A stretch of DNA of 64,000 bases from Thermoanaerobaculia bacterium (lineage in GTDB: Bacteria > Acidobacteriota > Thermoanaerobaculia > Multivoradales > Multivoraceae): contig OY762911.1 in the NCBI GenBank assembly GCA_963666565.1, forward strand, positions 4,000,001 to 4,064,000, read 5' to 3'. The notes beneath the pieces are model-generated. The model was not told the origin of the DNA. It did no database searches and saw nothing but the letters and a program-made list of their open reading frames with translations. The translations under genes were made by a program, and so were the position numbers. Of the stretch, positions 7,730-17,710 are shown one piece after another (within the stretch, counting starts at the first letter, position 1; every line of letters begins with the position of its first letter).

Positions 7730-10659
7730 CGCGAGCCTCCAGCCGCAAGCTCCTGGAACCGGTAGGCCTCGCGCGCCGGCCGGACCGGGCGCAGCATCCA
7801 CCAGGGTCGCCGCATCCCACCCGGGGAGTTCCTGCCGGCTGGCCGCACGAGTTCCAGCCAGCCCTCGAAGTGCGCCCGTGAGCGATCCGTGTCGACCGAA
7901 ACGTCGCCGTGCCGGTCGCCCGGGGCCGCCGGCGCAACGCTCACGGCCTGGTGCCAGCAGTGCTGCCCGGAGACCGGGTCCGGATGCACGGCGTGGGTCA
8001 GGTTCTGATGCACGCCGACATCGGTCCACCAGACCCGAAGCGTGTCCGGATCCTCCGACCGAAACGGGCCCCCGCCCCGCTTCGGCGCGAGCGACCATTC
8101 CGAACCGCTCTGGCCGAGCGCGACGGTCATCATGCCGAGGCGCTGGCCCGGCTGTCCCTCCGGCTTCCAGCGGCCCATGTGATGGCTGCACGCAACGACG
8201 CCCGGGCGAATCCCCTCGGTGATCCACGCCTTGACCACGAAGTAGCCGAGGTCGGTCGTGACCCGGACCAGGCTGCCGGTGCCGCCGATGCGCAGGCGTT
8301 CGGCATCGGTCGGATGGATCCAGAGCGGGTTCGTGTGGGCGATCTCGTCGAGCCATTTCGAGTTCGCGCTCCGCGTGTGAATCTGCACCGGAAGTCTGAA
8401 GGTCGAGATCAAGGGCATCCGGCCAGGTTCGAGCCGGCTCGGATGCACGTGGCTCTTGATGTAGGTCGGCGCCGCCAGTTCCGGCCATCCCCATTCGGCC
8501 AGGGTGTTCGACCAGAACTCCAGCTTGCCGGAGGGCGTCGGCCAGCCCCGAAGCATCTCGCCGTCCACACGCACGCCGACCCGGCGGCGGCCGTCTTCGT
8601 CCGGCTCGAGTGCGGTGCCTCCCTGCGCCTGCGGGCTCGCCGGAGCCGGCGCCCGCGTGTAGACGCGGTCGCGCGCGTCGACGTGGGCATCCTCCAGCTC
8701 ATCGTCCGGAACGCGCTCCTCGAACACCTTCCCGACCTTCCTCGCGACCTCGAACGCGCCGTAGCGGCGCATGTACTCCAGGGGCGAAAGGCCCTCCCGC
8801 GCGGCGACTTCAGGCAGCCCGGGCACCGTGTGCTCGAAGATCCAGCCGTAGTAGTCGTCGACGGTCATCTTCTCGCCCGGACGCTCGACCGACTCGAAGA
8901 ACTCGCGGATCCCCAGCGTGCCGTCGGGATCGATCCGCCAGGTGAGTTCGATCCAGAACTCGTTCTCCTCCCACACGTCGCCGGGACTCGCCTCCCGCGT
9001 GTCGCCGATCTTCTCTCCCAGGCGCTCCCGGGCCGCCCTCAGCACAGGCTGACGAAAGCCGAGCCACTGGCCGTCGTACTGCTCGTACGACGTGAGATCG
9101 TGCCGCTCAGAGGAATGTCCCATCGGCAGGACGTAGTCGGCGAAGTAGGCGGTCTCGTTCCAGGTTGGCGTCAGCGCGACGTGCAGACCGATCCGGCGCG
9201 CGTCGCTCAGCATCTCGATCCAACTGAAGCCGTCCGGGTTGGTCCACACCGGGTTGTGAACGCGCGTGAAGTAGACCTCGAGAAAGGCGTCCTGCTCCCG
9301 CATCAGGTGGGGCATCAGGAACGACATCTCGTTCAGGGCCAGCGGATACTCGCGAGGCCACTGGACCTCGTTCCACCGCCGCGGATGCCGCCCCGGAAGG
9401 CGCGGCGGCTTCGGCACGAACTTGTTCCAGGCGTTGGGGAACGTCCCGCCCTCGGTGGCCAGGGCGCCGAGCAGCGCGCCCAGGAGCGTCAGCGTGCGGG
9501 CGACCTGCCAGCCGCCGAGATTCCCGGCGCTGGCGCTGCGCCAGTTGTGCGTTGCCAGACGGGTGCCGGCGGTCGAGATCAACTTCGCGACCTCGCGTAG
9601 CTCGTCGGCATCGATCCCCGACTCGCTCGCCGCGTACTCGAAGGTGTACTCGGCGTACAGGTCTCGCAGCAACTCCTCGAAGCGCTCGAACGGAGCACCG
9701 GCTTCGCCCCGGGCCGCCAGAAAGTCCGACCAGTTCCACCACCGGCGCACGAAGTCGCGGTCGTACCGGCCCTCCCGGATCATCCAATTGGCGACCGCCA
9801 GGAAGATCGCGGCTTCGGACCCGGGGTAAGGCGACAGCCAGTGGTCGGCATGGGTCGCGGTATTCGACAGGCGCGTGTCGAGGACGATCAGCTTGGCGCC
9901 CTTCTTCTTGCCCTCCATGATCCGTTGTGCGTGGGGGTTGAAGTAGTGCCCGGTCTCGAGGTGGCTGCTGACGAGCACGATGACCCTGGCGTTGGCGTGA
10001 TCCGGGCTGGGGCGGTCCATTCCCATCCACCAGTGGAACCCGGCGCGGGCGCCGCTCGAACAGACGTTGGTGTGCGAGTTGTGCCCGTCGACGCCCCAGG
10101 CCGCGAGCATGCGCTCGGTGAATCCGTCCTCGCCCGGGCGGCCGACGTGGTACATGACCTGGTTGTGCCGCTCTTCCTCCAGGGCCTTGCGGATGCGGGC
10201 GGCAATGTCGCCGAGCGCGTCGTCCCAGGACACGCGTTCCCATTTCCCTTCTCCACGCCGGCCGGCCCGCTTCAGCGGGTGGAGGATGCGGTCGGGATCG
10301 GTGATCTGGTTGAGCGTGGCCGGGCCCTTGGCGCAGTTGCGGCCGCGTGACCCCGGGTGTTCGGGGTTGCCCTCGAACTTGCGCACCTGCAGCGTGTCGC
10401 GGTCGACGTAGGCCAGGAGCCCGCACGCCGACTCGCAGTTGAAGCACGTGGTCGGGACCAGCATGTAGCGTTTCTCGACGCGCTCCGGCCATGCCCTGGA
10501 ATCCAGCTCGACCCAGTCGTTCAAGCGCTCTTTCGGCGGATAGGACGCGAGGTGGACCCGGCTGGCGCCCGGATAGAACGTCTCGCCGCGGGATTCGGCG
10601 TCGGCCCTTGCCGCCGAGACCACCCGCTCCAGGCGCTCCAGGCTGCCTCGTTCGACCAC
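7726..10659 (-). CDS. Molybdopterin (bis-PGD) oxidoreductase catalytic subunit, DMSO reductase superfamily, no Tat signal
   Basis: CFNCESAC...NCAKG Fe-S motif, PDRILHPLKR..RGEGKWERVSWDDAL, SHTNVCSS, ETAYFADYVLP, TPSGKLEF, IHPTDAERL; GTG start with GAAGGGA upstream. Confidence 0.9.
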   Translation of the reverse strand: MVERGSLERLERVVSAARADAESRGETFYPGASRVHLASYPPKERLNDWVELDSRAWPERVEKRYMLVPTTCFNCESACGLLAYVDRDTLQVRKFEGNPEHPGSRGRNCAKGPATLNQITDPDRILHPLKRAGRRGEGKWERVSWDDALGDIAARIRKALEEERHNQVMYHVGRPGEDGFTERMLAAWGVDGHNSHTNVCSSGARAGFHWWMGMDRPSPDHANARVIVLVSSHLETGHYFNPHAQRIMEGKKKGAKLIVLDTRLSNTATHADHWLSPYPGSEAAIFLAVANWMIREGRYDRDFVRRWWNWSDFLAARGEAGAPFERFEELLRDLYAEYTFEYAASESGIDADELREVAKLISTAGTRLATHNWRSASAGNLGGWQVARTLTLLGALLGALATEGGTFPNAWNKFVPKPPRLPGRHPRRWNEVQWPREYPLALNEMSFLMPHLMREQDAFLEVYFTRVHNPVWTNPDGFSWIEMLSDARRIGLHVALTPTWNETAYFADYVLPMGHSSERHDLTSYEQYDGQWLGFRQPVLRAARERLGEKIGDTREASPGDVWEENEFWIELTWRIDPDGTLGIREFFESVERPGEKMTVDDYYGWIFEHTVPGLPEVAAREGLSPLEYMRRYGAFEVARKVGKVFEERVPDDELEDAHVDARDRVYTRAPAPASPQAQGGTALEPDEDGRRRVGVRVDGEMLRGWPTPSGKLEFWSNTLAEWGWPELAAPTYIKSHVHPSRLEPGRMPLISTFRLPVQIHTRSANSKWLDEIAHTNPLWIHPTDAERLRIGGTGSLVRVTTDLGYFVVKAWITEGIRPGVVACSHHMGRWKPEGQPGQRLGMMTVALGQSGSEWSLAPKRGGGPFRSEDPDTLRVWWTDVGVHQNLTHAVHPDPVSGQHCWHQAVSVAPAAPGDRHGDVSVDTDRSRAHFEGWLELVRPAGRNSPGGMRRPWWMLRPVRPAREAYRFQELAAGGSR

Positions 10660-10667
10660 GAGTCCCT

Positions 10668-12212
10668 TCAGGAGAGGGGCACCGACTGGCCCGCTTGCAG
10701 GTAGGCGTGCTCGTAGAGCAGAAGACCCAGGAGTCCCGCGGCCACGCCGAGGGGCGCGCCCATGCCCACGAGCATCAACGCAGCCGCGGCGAGGGCGAAG
10801 CCGGTCCAGTAGGGGTCCGCGTACCGGCCACGAAGCATGGCTCGGGCGGCCAGGGCCGCATGGGCCGTCGGATGCGTCATCGTCGCCTCGCCAAGAGCCA
10901 GAGCCACATGGACGGCCACTGAAGCCTGGAAGATCCACACAACTCCGACGCCGAGCCCCAGAGAGCCTCCCGCGACCAGGTCAGCGAGAATCAGTACGCC
11001 CGAACCCGCCACCAGCGCCTGGACGAGAAAGTGCGGCGGCAGGAGCGGGCTCTGCCAGAGATCGCGCGCGCGTGCCTGGGCCAGAAGGTACGCGGTGTAA
11101 ACGGCGACGGCGAATGCGACCAGGCCTCCGGCCCACGCAAGAGCCTGCGCCAACCCGGGCCGCCCTGCAGCAACCGAGCCGAGGTGAGCGGCCAGGAGCG
11201 CTCCGTACGCGGTGATAGCGAAGCCTCCCCGCACCAGCCAACTGCCCCACTGCGGTTTCGCGAGCACCATCCAGAACCGCTTGGGATGCTCCAGATCCCA
11301 TACCAGGAGAGCTCCGGTCAGCACCAGAAAAGCAAGCGCCACCAAGGGCCCGACGAGCGTCCACACCGGTGACGTCCAGGGGATCATCCCGGCGACCGCC
11401 AACAGCAGCGGCACCAGGTAGGCCCCGGCCGCGATCGACTTCGTGAACGTGTAGAGGCTCACCCGGAAGTCCCACGGGATCTCGTGCGGAACGTCGTAAC
11501 TGAGCAGCGCCGCCGCGGAACTGTTGCGGGATCCGATGCTGCCGGACGACACCTTGCCGTTCCCGTTGTCCTGCTCGCTCCACATGAACAGACCGCCCTT
11601 GGGTTGGCGCGCGGCAAGTGGATCCAGCGTGGCGCGATCCGCGCCCTTGTAGAAGACCTTCGGCAGCGTCTCCTTCTCCGGCCTGCGGACCGCAACCGGT
11701 TCCTGGTGGACGATCCTGGAGACTTCCGAGAGCGGATCGTTCATGTCGCCCACGATCAGCGCCTCGGTCGGACATACGACAACGCACGCCGGTTCGAGCC
11801 CGACGTCGAGCCGATGCGCGCAGAAGTTGCACTTCTCGGCCGAGTGATCGTCGGGATTGATGAAGATCGCGTCGTACGGGCACGCCGCGATGCAGGCCTT
11901 GCAGCCGATGCACGAAGACTTGTCGAAGTCGACGATGCCGTCGTCCCGGCGGTACATCGCGGCCGTCGGGCAAGCCGCGACGCAGGGCGCGTCCTCACAC
12001 TGGTTGCAGCGAGTGACCTGGAAGGCGCGGCGGGCGCGCGGGTAGCGGCCCACCTCGACCGACTTCACGTAGGTGCGCGTGACCGACAGCGGCACCTCGT
12101 TCTCGGACTTGCACGCGGTCGTGCAGGCATGGCAGCCGATGCAACTCGTGTGGTCGATGACCTTGGCCCACAGGGGCTGCGGTGCGGTTGGCGCCTCGCT
12201 GGTCGTGGGCAC
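10668..12212 (-). CDS. Fused 4Fe-4S dicluster (DmsB/PsrB-like) and NrfD/PsrC membrane anchor
   Basis: CIGCHAC, CNQCEDAPC, CIGCKAC, KCNFCAHR..PACV; then multiple TM helices with DLEHPKRF and SWL motifs. Confidence 0.9.
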   Translation of the reverse strand: MPTTSEAPTAPQPLWAKVIDHTSCIGCHACTTACKSENEVPLSVTRTYVKSVEVGRYPRARRAFQVTRCNQCEDAPCVAACPTAAMYRRDDGIVDFDKSSCIGCKACIAACPYDAIFINPDDHSAEKCNFCAHRLDVGLEPACVVVCPTEALIVGDMNDPLSEVSRIVHQEPVAVRRPEKETLPKVFYKGADRATLDPLAARQPKGGLFMWSEQDNGNGKVSSGSIGSRNSSAAALLSYDVPHEIPWDFRVSLYTFTKSIAAGAYLVPLLLAVAGMIPWTSPVWTLVGPLVALAFLVLTGALLVWDLEHPKRFWMVLAKPQWGSWLVRGGFAITAYGALLAAHLGSVAAGRPGLAQALAWAGGLVAFAVAVYTAYLLAQARARDLWQSPLLPPHFLVQALVAGSGVLILADLVAGGSLGLGVGVVWIFQASVAVHVALALGEATMTHPTAHAALAARAMLRGRYADPYWTGFALAAAALMLVGMGAPLGVAAGLLGLLLYEHAYLQAGQSVPLS

Positions 12213-12299
12213 GGAGGAGTTCGGTCGCCAGGGCGTGTCCGTTTGTGAGGACGATGAATCACCCTAGCAGCCGACTGGCGGCCAATCCTGACCGCAGTC

Positions 12300-14771
12300 C
12301 TAGCTCTTCTTGATGCCACGCCCGGTTGCGCCGTCCGGTGGCGTGTCGCGAAGGACCCCGGCGCGTTCCAGCTCGTCGACCCGCGCGTCGTCGAAGCCCA
12401 GGACCTCGACCAGGACGTCCCGGTTGTGCTCGCCGAGGCACGGGGCGCCGCGCCGGTAGGTCGCCGGCGTGGCGCTCAGGCGGATGGGCAGACCCGGGTA
12501 GCGGCGACGGCCGACTTCCGGGTGGTCTACCTCGGCCCAGAAACCGCGAGCCTCAAGGAACGGGCTCTCTGCGAGGTCGCGGCCATCGGCGACCGGCGCC
12601 GCGGTCACGTCCACTCGATGCAGGCGTTCCGCCAGAGCGTCGCGCTCCTGGCCGCGGGTCCAGTCCGCCAGCAGGTCGTCGATCCGGTCCTCCTCCGCCC
12701 GGCGCTCCTCGAGCGACAGCGAGGCGAGCGACGCTTCCAGGCCGCCGAGGCCGCACAGCGCCCGCCACTGCCGGTCGTCCTCGACGCTGATCGCAACCCA
12801 GCGGTCATCGCCGCGACACGGATAGCAGCCCTGGGGCGCGCGCCGCGGATGGCGGTTGCCGCGCCGCGGTTCGGCGGCGCCACGAAGCTGCGCGGTCAGG
12901 ATGCTGTCGCCGAAGGTCGTCGCCGTCGCTTCGACCATGGGGGTTTCGACCGTCCCGCCGGCGCCTTCCGGCGAACGGGAGCGCCGGTACAGCATGGCCA
13001 GCGTTCCGACGGCGGTGTGGAGCGCGGTTACCGGATCCGGCCAGGCGACGCCGGACCGGCACGGCGGACCGCCGCGGTAGCCGATGTGGGAGGTCAGACC
13101 CATGGACGCCTCGATCAACGGACCGTAGGCCAGCCGGTCGCGGTAGGGCCCCGAATGGCCGAAACCCGGCATCGCGACCGCGACCAGCCGTGGATTGATC
13201 TCGCGCAGCCGATCCGCGTCGAGCCCCAGCTTCGGCATGACCCGCGGACTGAAGTTGTCGCAAACGACGTCCGCCCGCTCGACCAACCTCTCGAACAGCC
13301 GCTTCGCCTCGGGATCGTTCAGCTCGAGGGTGAGCGACCGCTTGTTGCGGTTCATCTTGTTGAACGCCGCGCTCCGGTTGAACGGCCGCTCGCCGACCTC
13401 GTCCTCCGGAAACAGGTGGCTCAGCGCCCCGTCGCGGGCAGGCCGCGTGGCCGGACCGCGCGACCACGCCGCCTCGACCTTGATCACGTCGGCCCCGAGG
13501 TCGCCCAGGATGCGGGTCGCCAGCGGCCCCGCCCACACCCGGGTCAGGTCGAGAACGCGAACGCCCTGGAGTGGGCCGTGGTCGAGCGTCCCGTCACCCT
13601 CGCGCGTCGCGCCGGCCGACGGCGGCCATGCCGGGGCTTCGTCGAGGAGCGGCGCCGGCCCGACAACCGCCTCGTCCAGCGCAAGCGCCGGCGCCTTACC
13701 GTCGAGCACGAACGGTCCGCGGGGCACGAGCGGCCCGTCGCCGCCGTCGATCGGCACGAAGAACTCCCGCGCCCGGAAGTGCGGATCCTCGAGCACGCGC
13801 AGCGCGTCGTGGATCGGACCGATCGGCACCCGCGCCCGCACGCCCAACTCGATGATCTCCGCCGTCGTGTGCGCCATGAGCCATGGCTCGATCGCGCGGT
13901 CGAACTCGAGCCGGTGGTGCGCGCGGTCGACGTCCCGGACGAAGCGCGGATCCTCCGCCACCGCGTCGAGACCGGCGGCCGCGAGGAAGGGCCGGACCAT
14001 CTCCCAGCTCGGCATCGCCAGGAACACGTACCCGTCCTTGCACCGGTAGACGCCGATCGGGTGCCAGGGGCCGCCCTGCGTGTTGCCGACGCGGGGGAGC
14101 ACGTGCCGGGCCTGCGTCCACATGACCGTCGTGTACTGGTGCATCGCGGCGAGGCCCTCGACGTGGGACACGTCGACCGTCTGGCCGCGGCCGATCCGGG
14201 AGCGCGCCAGGAGCGCGGCCAGCCCGCCGATCGCCGCGTGCGCTCCCGCCTGGCAGTGCGCGTGGAGGCCGGGCCGCGCGATCGGCGCCCGGTCCGCCCT
14301 GCCGTTGAGGAAGGTGTGACCCGACCACGCGTCGTCGGTGAACTCGTTCGATCGAGGCGGGCCCGTCTCGCGCCAGAGGTCGCCCGCACCGGCCCCCAAC
14401 CCGAACGGCGAGATACGCAACAGCACGGCGCGCGGCGCATCGGCCTCGTCGATCAGAGGTTCAAGCGGACCCGGAGCGGAACTCTCGACGATCACGTCAG
14501 CGCCCAAGCGCTCGACCAGCTCCAGGACCTGCGCCCGACCCTCGTCCGTACTCGGCCGCAGCCGCGCCGCCCGCTTGCCCAGGTTGAGGTACGCGTACTC
14601 CGCCCCGACGCCCCGCCAGCGCTCTCCCACCTCCCGCCACGGATCGCCCCCCGCCGGCTCGATCCGCAGCACTTCCGCGCCGCAGGCGGCGAAGAGACGG
14701 CCCGCGTAGGCGCCCGCCGGCGAACCGGCGACTTCGATCGCGCGCAGACCGGAGCAGGGAGGATCGGCCAC
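12300..14771 (-). CDS. Family III (CaiB/BaiF) CoA-transferase, tandem two-domain fusion
   Basis: Two CoA_transf_3 halves (LRAIE..GAEVLRIEP..NLGKR; LQGVRVLDLTRVWAGP..LGADVIKVE..NRNKRS..APCLGEHN). Confidence 0.9.
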   Translation of the reverse strand: MADPPCSGLRAIEVAGSPAGAYAGRLFAACGAEVLRIEPAGGDPWREVGERWRGVGAEYAYLNLGKRAARLRPSTDEGRAQVLELVERLGADVIVESSAPGPLEPLIDEADAPRAVLLRISPFGLGAGAGDLWRETGPPRSNEFTDDAWSGHTFLNGRADRAPIARPGLHAHCQAGAHAAIGGLAALLARSRIGRGQTVDVSHVEGLAAMHQYTTVMWTQARHVLPRVGNTQGGPWHPIGVYRCKDGYVFLAMPSWEMVRPFLAAAGLDAVAEDPRFVRDVDRAHHRLEFDRAIEPWLMAHTTAEIIELGVRARVPIGPIHDALRVLEDPHFRAREFFVPIDGGDGPLVPRGPFVLDGKAPALALDEAVVGPAPLLDEAPAWPPSAGATREGDGTLDHGPLQGVRVLDLTRVWAGPLATRILGDLGADVIKVEAAWSRGPATRPARDGALSHLFPEDEVGERPFNRSAAFNKMNRNKRSLTLELNDPEAKRLFERLVERADVVCDNFSPRVMPKLGLDADRLREINPRLVAVAMPGFGHSGPYRDRLAYGPLIEASMGLTSHIGYRGGPPCRSGVAWPDPVTALHTAVGTLAMLYRRSRSPEGAGGTVETPMVEATATTFGDSILTAQLRGAAEPRRGNRHPRRAPQGCYPCRGDDRWVAISVEDDRQWRALCGLGGLEASLASLSLEERRAEEDRIDDLLADWTRGQERDALAERLHRVDVTAAPVADGRDLAESPFLEARGFWAEVDHPEVGRRRYPGLPIRLSATPATYRRGAPCLGEHNRDVLVEVLGFDDARVDELERAGVLRDTPPDGATGRGIKKS

Positions 14772-14810
14772 CGGACCGGCACGCTAGCAGTGTTCGCGCT
14801 GGTTCTCCGC

Positions 14811-14997
14811 GTGCGCGGGTCCTCCGACCCGCCGCCGCCGAAGGCGGCCGCAAGACGCGCCGGTCGCCAAGCCGGCTCTGCTTGGGCTGGCGCCTCCCCT
14901 GGCGCGGTCGCCGGCCTTCAGCCGGCGGCCCTGTCGTCCGGTCTGCACCGCTCCGCGGCGCCGCCCGCGCGCGGGTCGGAAGACCCGCGCACCCAGC
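14811..14997. repeat. Inverted pair of REP-like palindromes (14811-14832 +; 14971-14997 -)
   Basis: GTGCGCGGGTC-CTCC-GACCCGC and the reverse complement of GCTGGGTGCGCGGGTC-TTCC-GACCCGC. Confidence 0.85.
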
Positions 14998-16762
14998 GAC
15001 GGCGATCTTCCGGGGTAGCGGCCGCTTCCAGCAAGTAGGCCAGCAGGTCGCCTTCGACGTAGTCGTTGTCGACGACGTTGACCAGGAAGTAGCTGTCGTG
15101 GATGCTCTGCAGCAGGCGCCGCGACTCGCTGCCCTCCTCGTACACGGCCGCCCAGGAGGTCAGCCAGAGATCGAGGGCCTCGTCCTTCCAGACCTCGAAC
15201 GAGCGGGGATCGACGATCGTCGGCTGGCGGATCTCCCGCCCCGGGAAGACGCCCCACGTCACCGCGTTCACCGCCTCGCTGTTGCTGTACGCGGCGCCGG
15301 CGCGGTCGATCGCGTGGTAAGTCAGGCTCGGGTTGGCGTCCAGGGCCGCCAGCAGCGGAGGCAGTTGCTCCGGCGCGACGAAGAACTCCAGGTACGCCTT
15401 CTGGTACACGCGGCCGCCGGCGCCGCCCCAGCCGACCGCGGGATCGTCGGACGGCGCGCCGTTCACGCGCGGCTGCGAGTTGATCGTCAGCAGCCCCGCC
15501 AGATTGAGCCGCACCAGGGCGTCGCGCAGCGGTTCGCTCTCCAGTTCGAGCGGCCAGTCGTACCAGGGGATCCCGTCCACGTCGCCCCGGCAGAAGCCGG
15601 CGAAAACCTCCCGGACCTGGTCGATCGAACTCAGTTCGCGCCCCCACCGATCGCGAGCCACCTCGGGCTTCACCGGGCGGAAGGCCAGGTGATGATCGGC
15701 GAGGTCGCCGAACGCCGGCGAGCCCGAGTCGCCCCAGCGGCCGTTGGGGAACTCGTCCCAGTCCCGGGTCCGGGCCAGGTAACTCTTCGGCCGGTTGGCC
15801 CAGAAGATCGGGCGGACATCCTCCCTGGGGCGCTGAACCGCCGTCGCGCTGCGCCATGGCAGGACCCTCTCCGTGCGCTCCGGCACGATGCCGAGGCGGT
15901 CGAGGATGACCTGAACCGAGCGCTCGAGGTTCAGGGTGTAGAAGTGAAGGCCGGGGGCGCCGCCGTCGAGCAGGCGGCGGCAGATGCCGGTCAACAGATT
16001 CTGGCCGTACTCGCGCACCGAGGCGTCGTGGTAGCGGCGCGCCTCGATCTCGCCGGCGATCTCGGGCGGCGCGCTGGCCCCGAAGCCCGTGATGCGCTGA
16101 AAGGACTGATAGCCGTTGATGGGCGCCAGTCCGGGAACGATCGGACAGTCGACGCCTCGTTCCCGGCACTCCTCCAGGAAGCGGAAGTAGAGCTCCGGTT
16201 CGTAGAACATCTGCGTGATCACGAAATCGGCGCCCGTCTCCACCTTGGCGGCCAGATGGTCGAGATCGCGCTCCCGGCTCGGCGCCTCCGGGTGACCTTC
16301 CGGGTAGCCGCCGACGCAGATCCCGAAGTGGTCGCCATGCTCCTCGCGGATGAAGCGCACCAGGTCCGAGGCGTGCGAGAAGCCGTCGGCGATCGGCGAC
16401 CAGGCCCCGCGGCCGCGGGGCGGATCGCCGCGCAGCGCCAGGATGTTGCCGATGCCGCGCGCGCGGCAGTCGTCCAGCACCGCCGCGATCCGGCGTCGCG
16501 GCATGTTGGTGCAGGTCAGGTGCATCATCGTTTCGATACCCAGCACGTTCTCGATCGTGTTCGCCAGCTCGAAGGTCAGCTTGGCCGTGCTGCCCCCGGC
16601 GCCCCAGGTGACGTCGACGAACGCCGGTTCCAGCCGCCCCATGCGCTCGATGCGCGCATAGAGATTCTCGATCCCGGCCTCCGTCTTGGGCGGGAAGTAC
16701 TCGAACGAGTAGAAGGGCCGCCCCTCGGCGATCGCCGAGCGCAACTTGTCGATCAGCTTCAC
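14918..16762 (-). CDS. metF: Methylenetetrahydrofolate reductase, eukaryote-type with C-terminal regulatory (SAM-binding-like) domain
   Basis: SFEYFPPKT, VTWGAGG, HLTC, LALRGDPP, GYPEGH, TQMFY, HFYTLN; C-terminal RPIFWANRPKSY, WDEFPNGRWGDS, TINSQP, VYQKAYLEFF, NAVTWGVFPG, WKDEA. Confidence 0.92.
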   Translation of the reverse strand: MKLIDKLRSAIAEGRPFYSFEYFPPKTEAGIENLYARIERMGRLEPAFVDVTWGAGGSTAKLTFELANTIENVLGIETMMHLTCTNMPRRRIAAVLDDCRARGIGNILALRGDPPRGRGAWSPIADGFSHASDLVRFIREEHGDHFGICVGGYPEGHPEAPSRERDLDHLAAKVETGADFVITQMFYEPELYFRFLEECRERGVDCPIVPGLAPINGYQSFQRITGFGASAPPEIAGEIEARRYHDASVREYGQNLLTGICRRLLDGGAPGLHFYTLNLERSVQVILDRLGIVPERTERVLPWRSATAVQRPREDVRPIFWANRPKSYLARTRDWDEFPNGRWGDSGSPAFGDLADHHLAFRPVKPEVARDRWGRELSSIDQVREVFAGFCRGDVDGIPWYDWPLELESEPLRDALVRLNLAGLLTINSQPRVNGAPSDDPAVGWGGAGGRVYQKAYLEFFVAPEQLPPLLAALDANPSLTYHAIDRAGAAYSNSEAVNAVTWGVFPGREIRQPTIVDPRSFEVWKDEALDLWLTSWAAVYEEGSESRRLLQSIHDSYFLVNVVDNDYVEGDLLAYLLEAAATPEDRRRWVRGSSDPRAGGAAERCRPDDRAAG

Positions 16763-16774
16763 GGCGAGCGGATC

Positions 16775-17662
16775 CTACGCCGAGTCCGCCGCCACGCGGT
16801 CCGCCTGCTGGACCAGGCCGGTCGCCGCCAGCCGTCCAGCCACAGCCTCCAGCTCGGGCCGCGGGCCCCGCCAGCGGAGTTCGTCGACGGAAGCGCTGAC
16901 CGGCGCGTCGCGGACCAGGGTCGCGAGCTGCCGGAACAGCTCCGCCGACGCCCGCTCCTCGCGGAGCGTCGCCGCCAGGCGGTCCCGTCCGCGCACCTTG
17001 ACCGTCCATTTCCAGGGCTGGTCCGGAATCTCCTCCAGGTGGAGGTAGTGGGCGAGGACCGTCGCCGTCGACTTGGCGCCCCAGCCGCGAAGACCCGGGA
17101 AACCGTCGGCGCTGTCGCCGACCAGCGCCAGGTAGTCGGGTATCGACTCCGGTTCGACGCCGAACTTCTCGCGGATGCCGTCGGCGTCCCAGCGCAGGCC
17201 GCGCCGCCGGTCGACCTGGATCGTCTTGCCGCCTCGGCCGGCGTCGACGCACTGAGCCAGGTCCTTGTCGGGCGTGCAGATGCGGACCTCGACGACCCGC
17301 TCGTCCGCGGCCGCCATCGCGGCGCCGCTGGCAAGCCCGTCGTCCGCCTCGTGCTCGACCATCGGCCAGACCGCGACCCCGAGCGCGGCCAGGGCCTCCT
17401 CGAGCACCGGGAACTGGGCCAGCAATTCCGGCTCGATCCCCTCGCCCGTCTTGTAGCCGGGCCACATCTCGTTGCGGAACGACTCGATCACGTGGTCGGT
17501 CGCCACCGCCACGTGGGTCGCGCCGTCGCGGAACATGCCGAGCACGGAGAAGACGACTCCACGCACCGCTCCGACCTCGAGCCCGTCGTCGTTCACGTAG
17601 CTCGGCGCTCCGAAGTGGTGGCGGAAGAGCTCGTAGGTGCCGTCGATCAGATGAACGTACAT
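16775..17662 (-). CDS. Stand-alone 5'-3' exonuclease / flap endonuclease (PolI N-domain homolog)
   Basis: LIDG, FRNE..YK, EADD, PDKDLAQ, PDYLALVGDSADGFPG..GWGAK (H3TH motif). Confidence 0.9.
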   Translation of the reverse strand: MYVHLIDGTYELFRHHFGAPSYVNDDGLEVGAVRGVVFSVLGMFRDGATHVAVATDHVIESFRNEMWPGYKTGEGIEPELLAQFPVLEEALAALGVAVWPMVEHEADDGLASGAAMAAADERVVEVRICTPDKDLAQCVDAGRGGKTIQVDRRRGLRWDADGIREKFGVEPESIPDYLALVGDSADGFPGLRGWGAKSTATVLAHYLHLEEIPDQPWKWTVKVRGRDRLAATLREERASAELFRQLATLVRDAPVSASVDELRWRGPRPELEAVAGRLAATGLVQQADRVAADSA

Positions 17663-17710
17663 GGCGGACGCCGGGCGCCGGACAACGCGGGCAAGCTACC
17701 ATCAGCCGCC

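Noticed and set aside
7726-10659. Formate dehydrogenase or selenoprotein call
   Set aside because: No in-frame TGA, and the ligand region (HTNVCSS) lacks the FDH-type R(V/L)(C/U)H motif.
14882-17710. N-terminal 940 aa of the 1536-aa ORF, and the many other long antisense or alternate-frame ORFs (e.g. 26711-30802, 12426-15038, 20310-23309)
   Set aside because: Shadows of real genes caused by stop-codon scarcity at high GC; Arg/Pro/Gly-rich with no family motifs.
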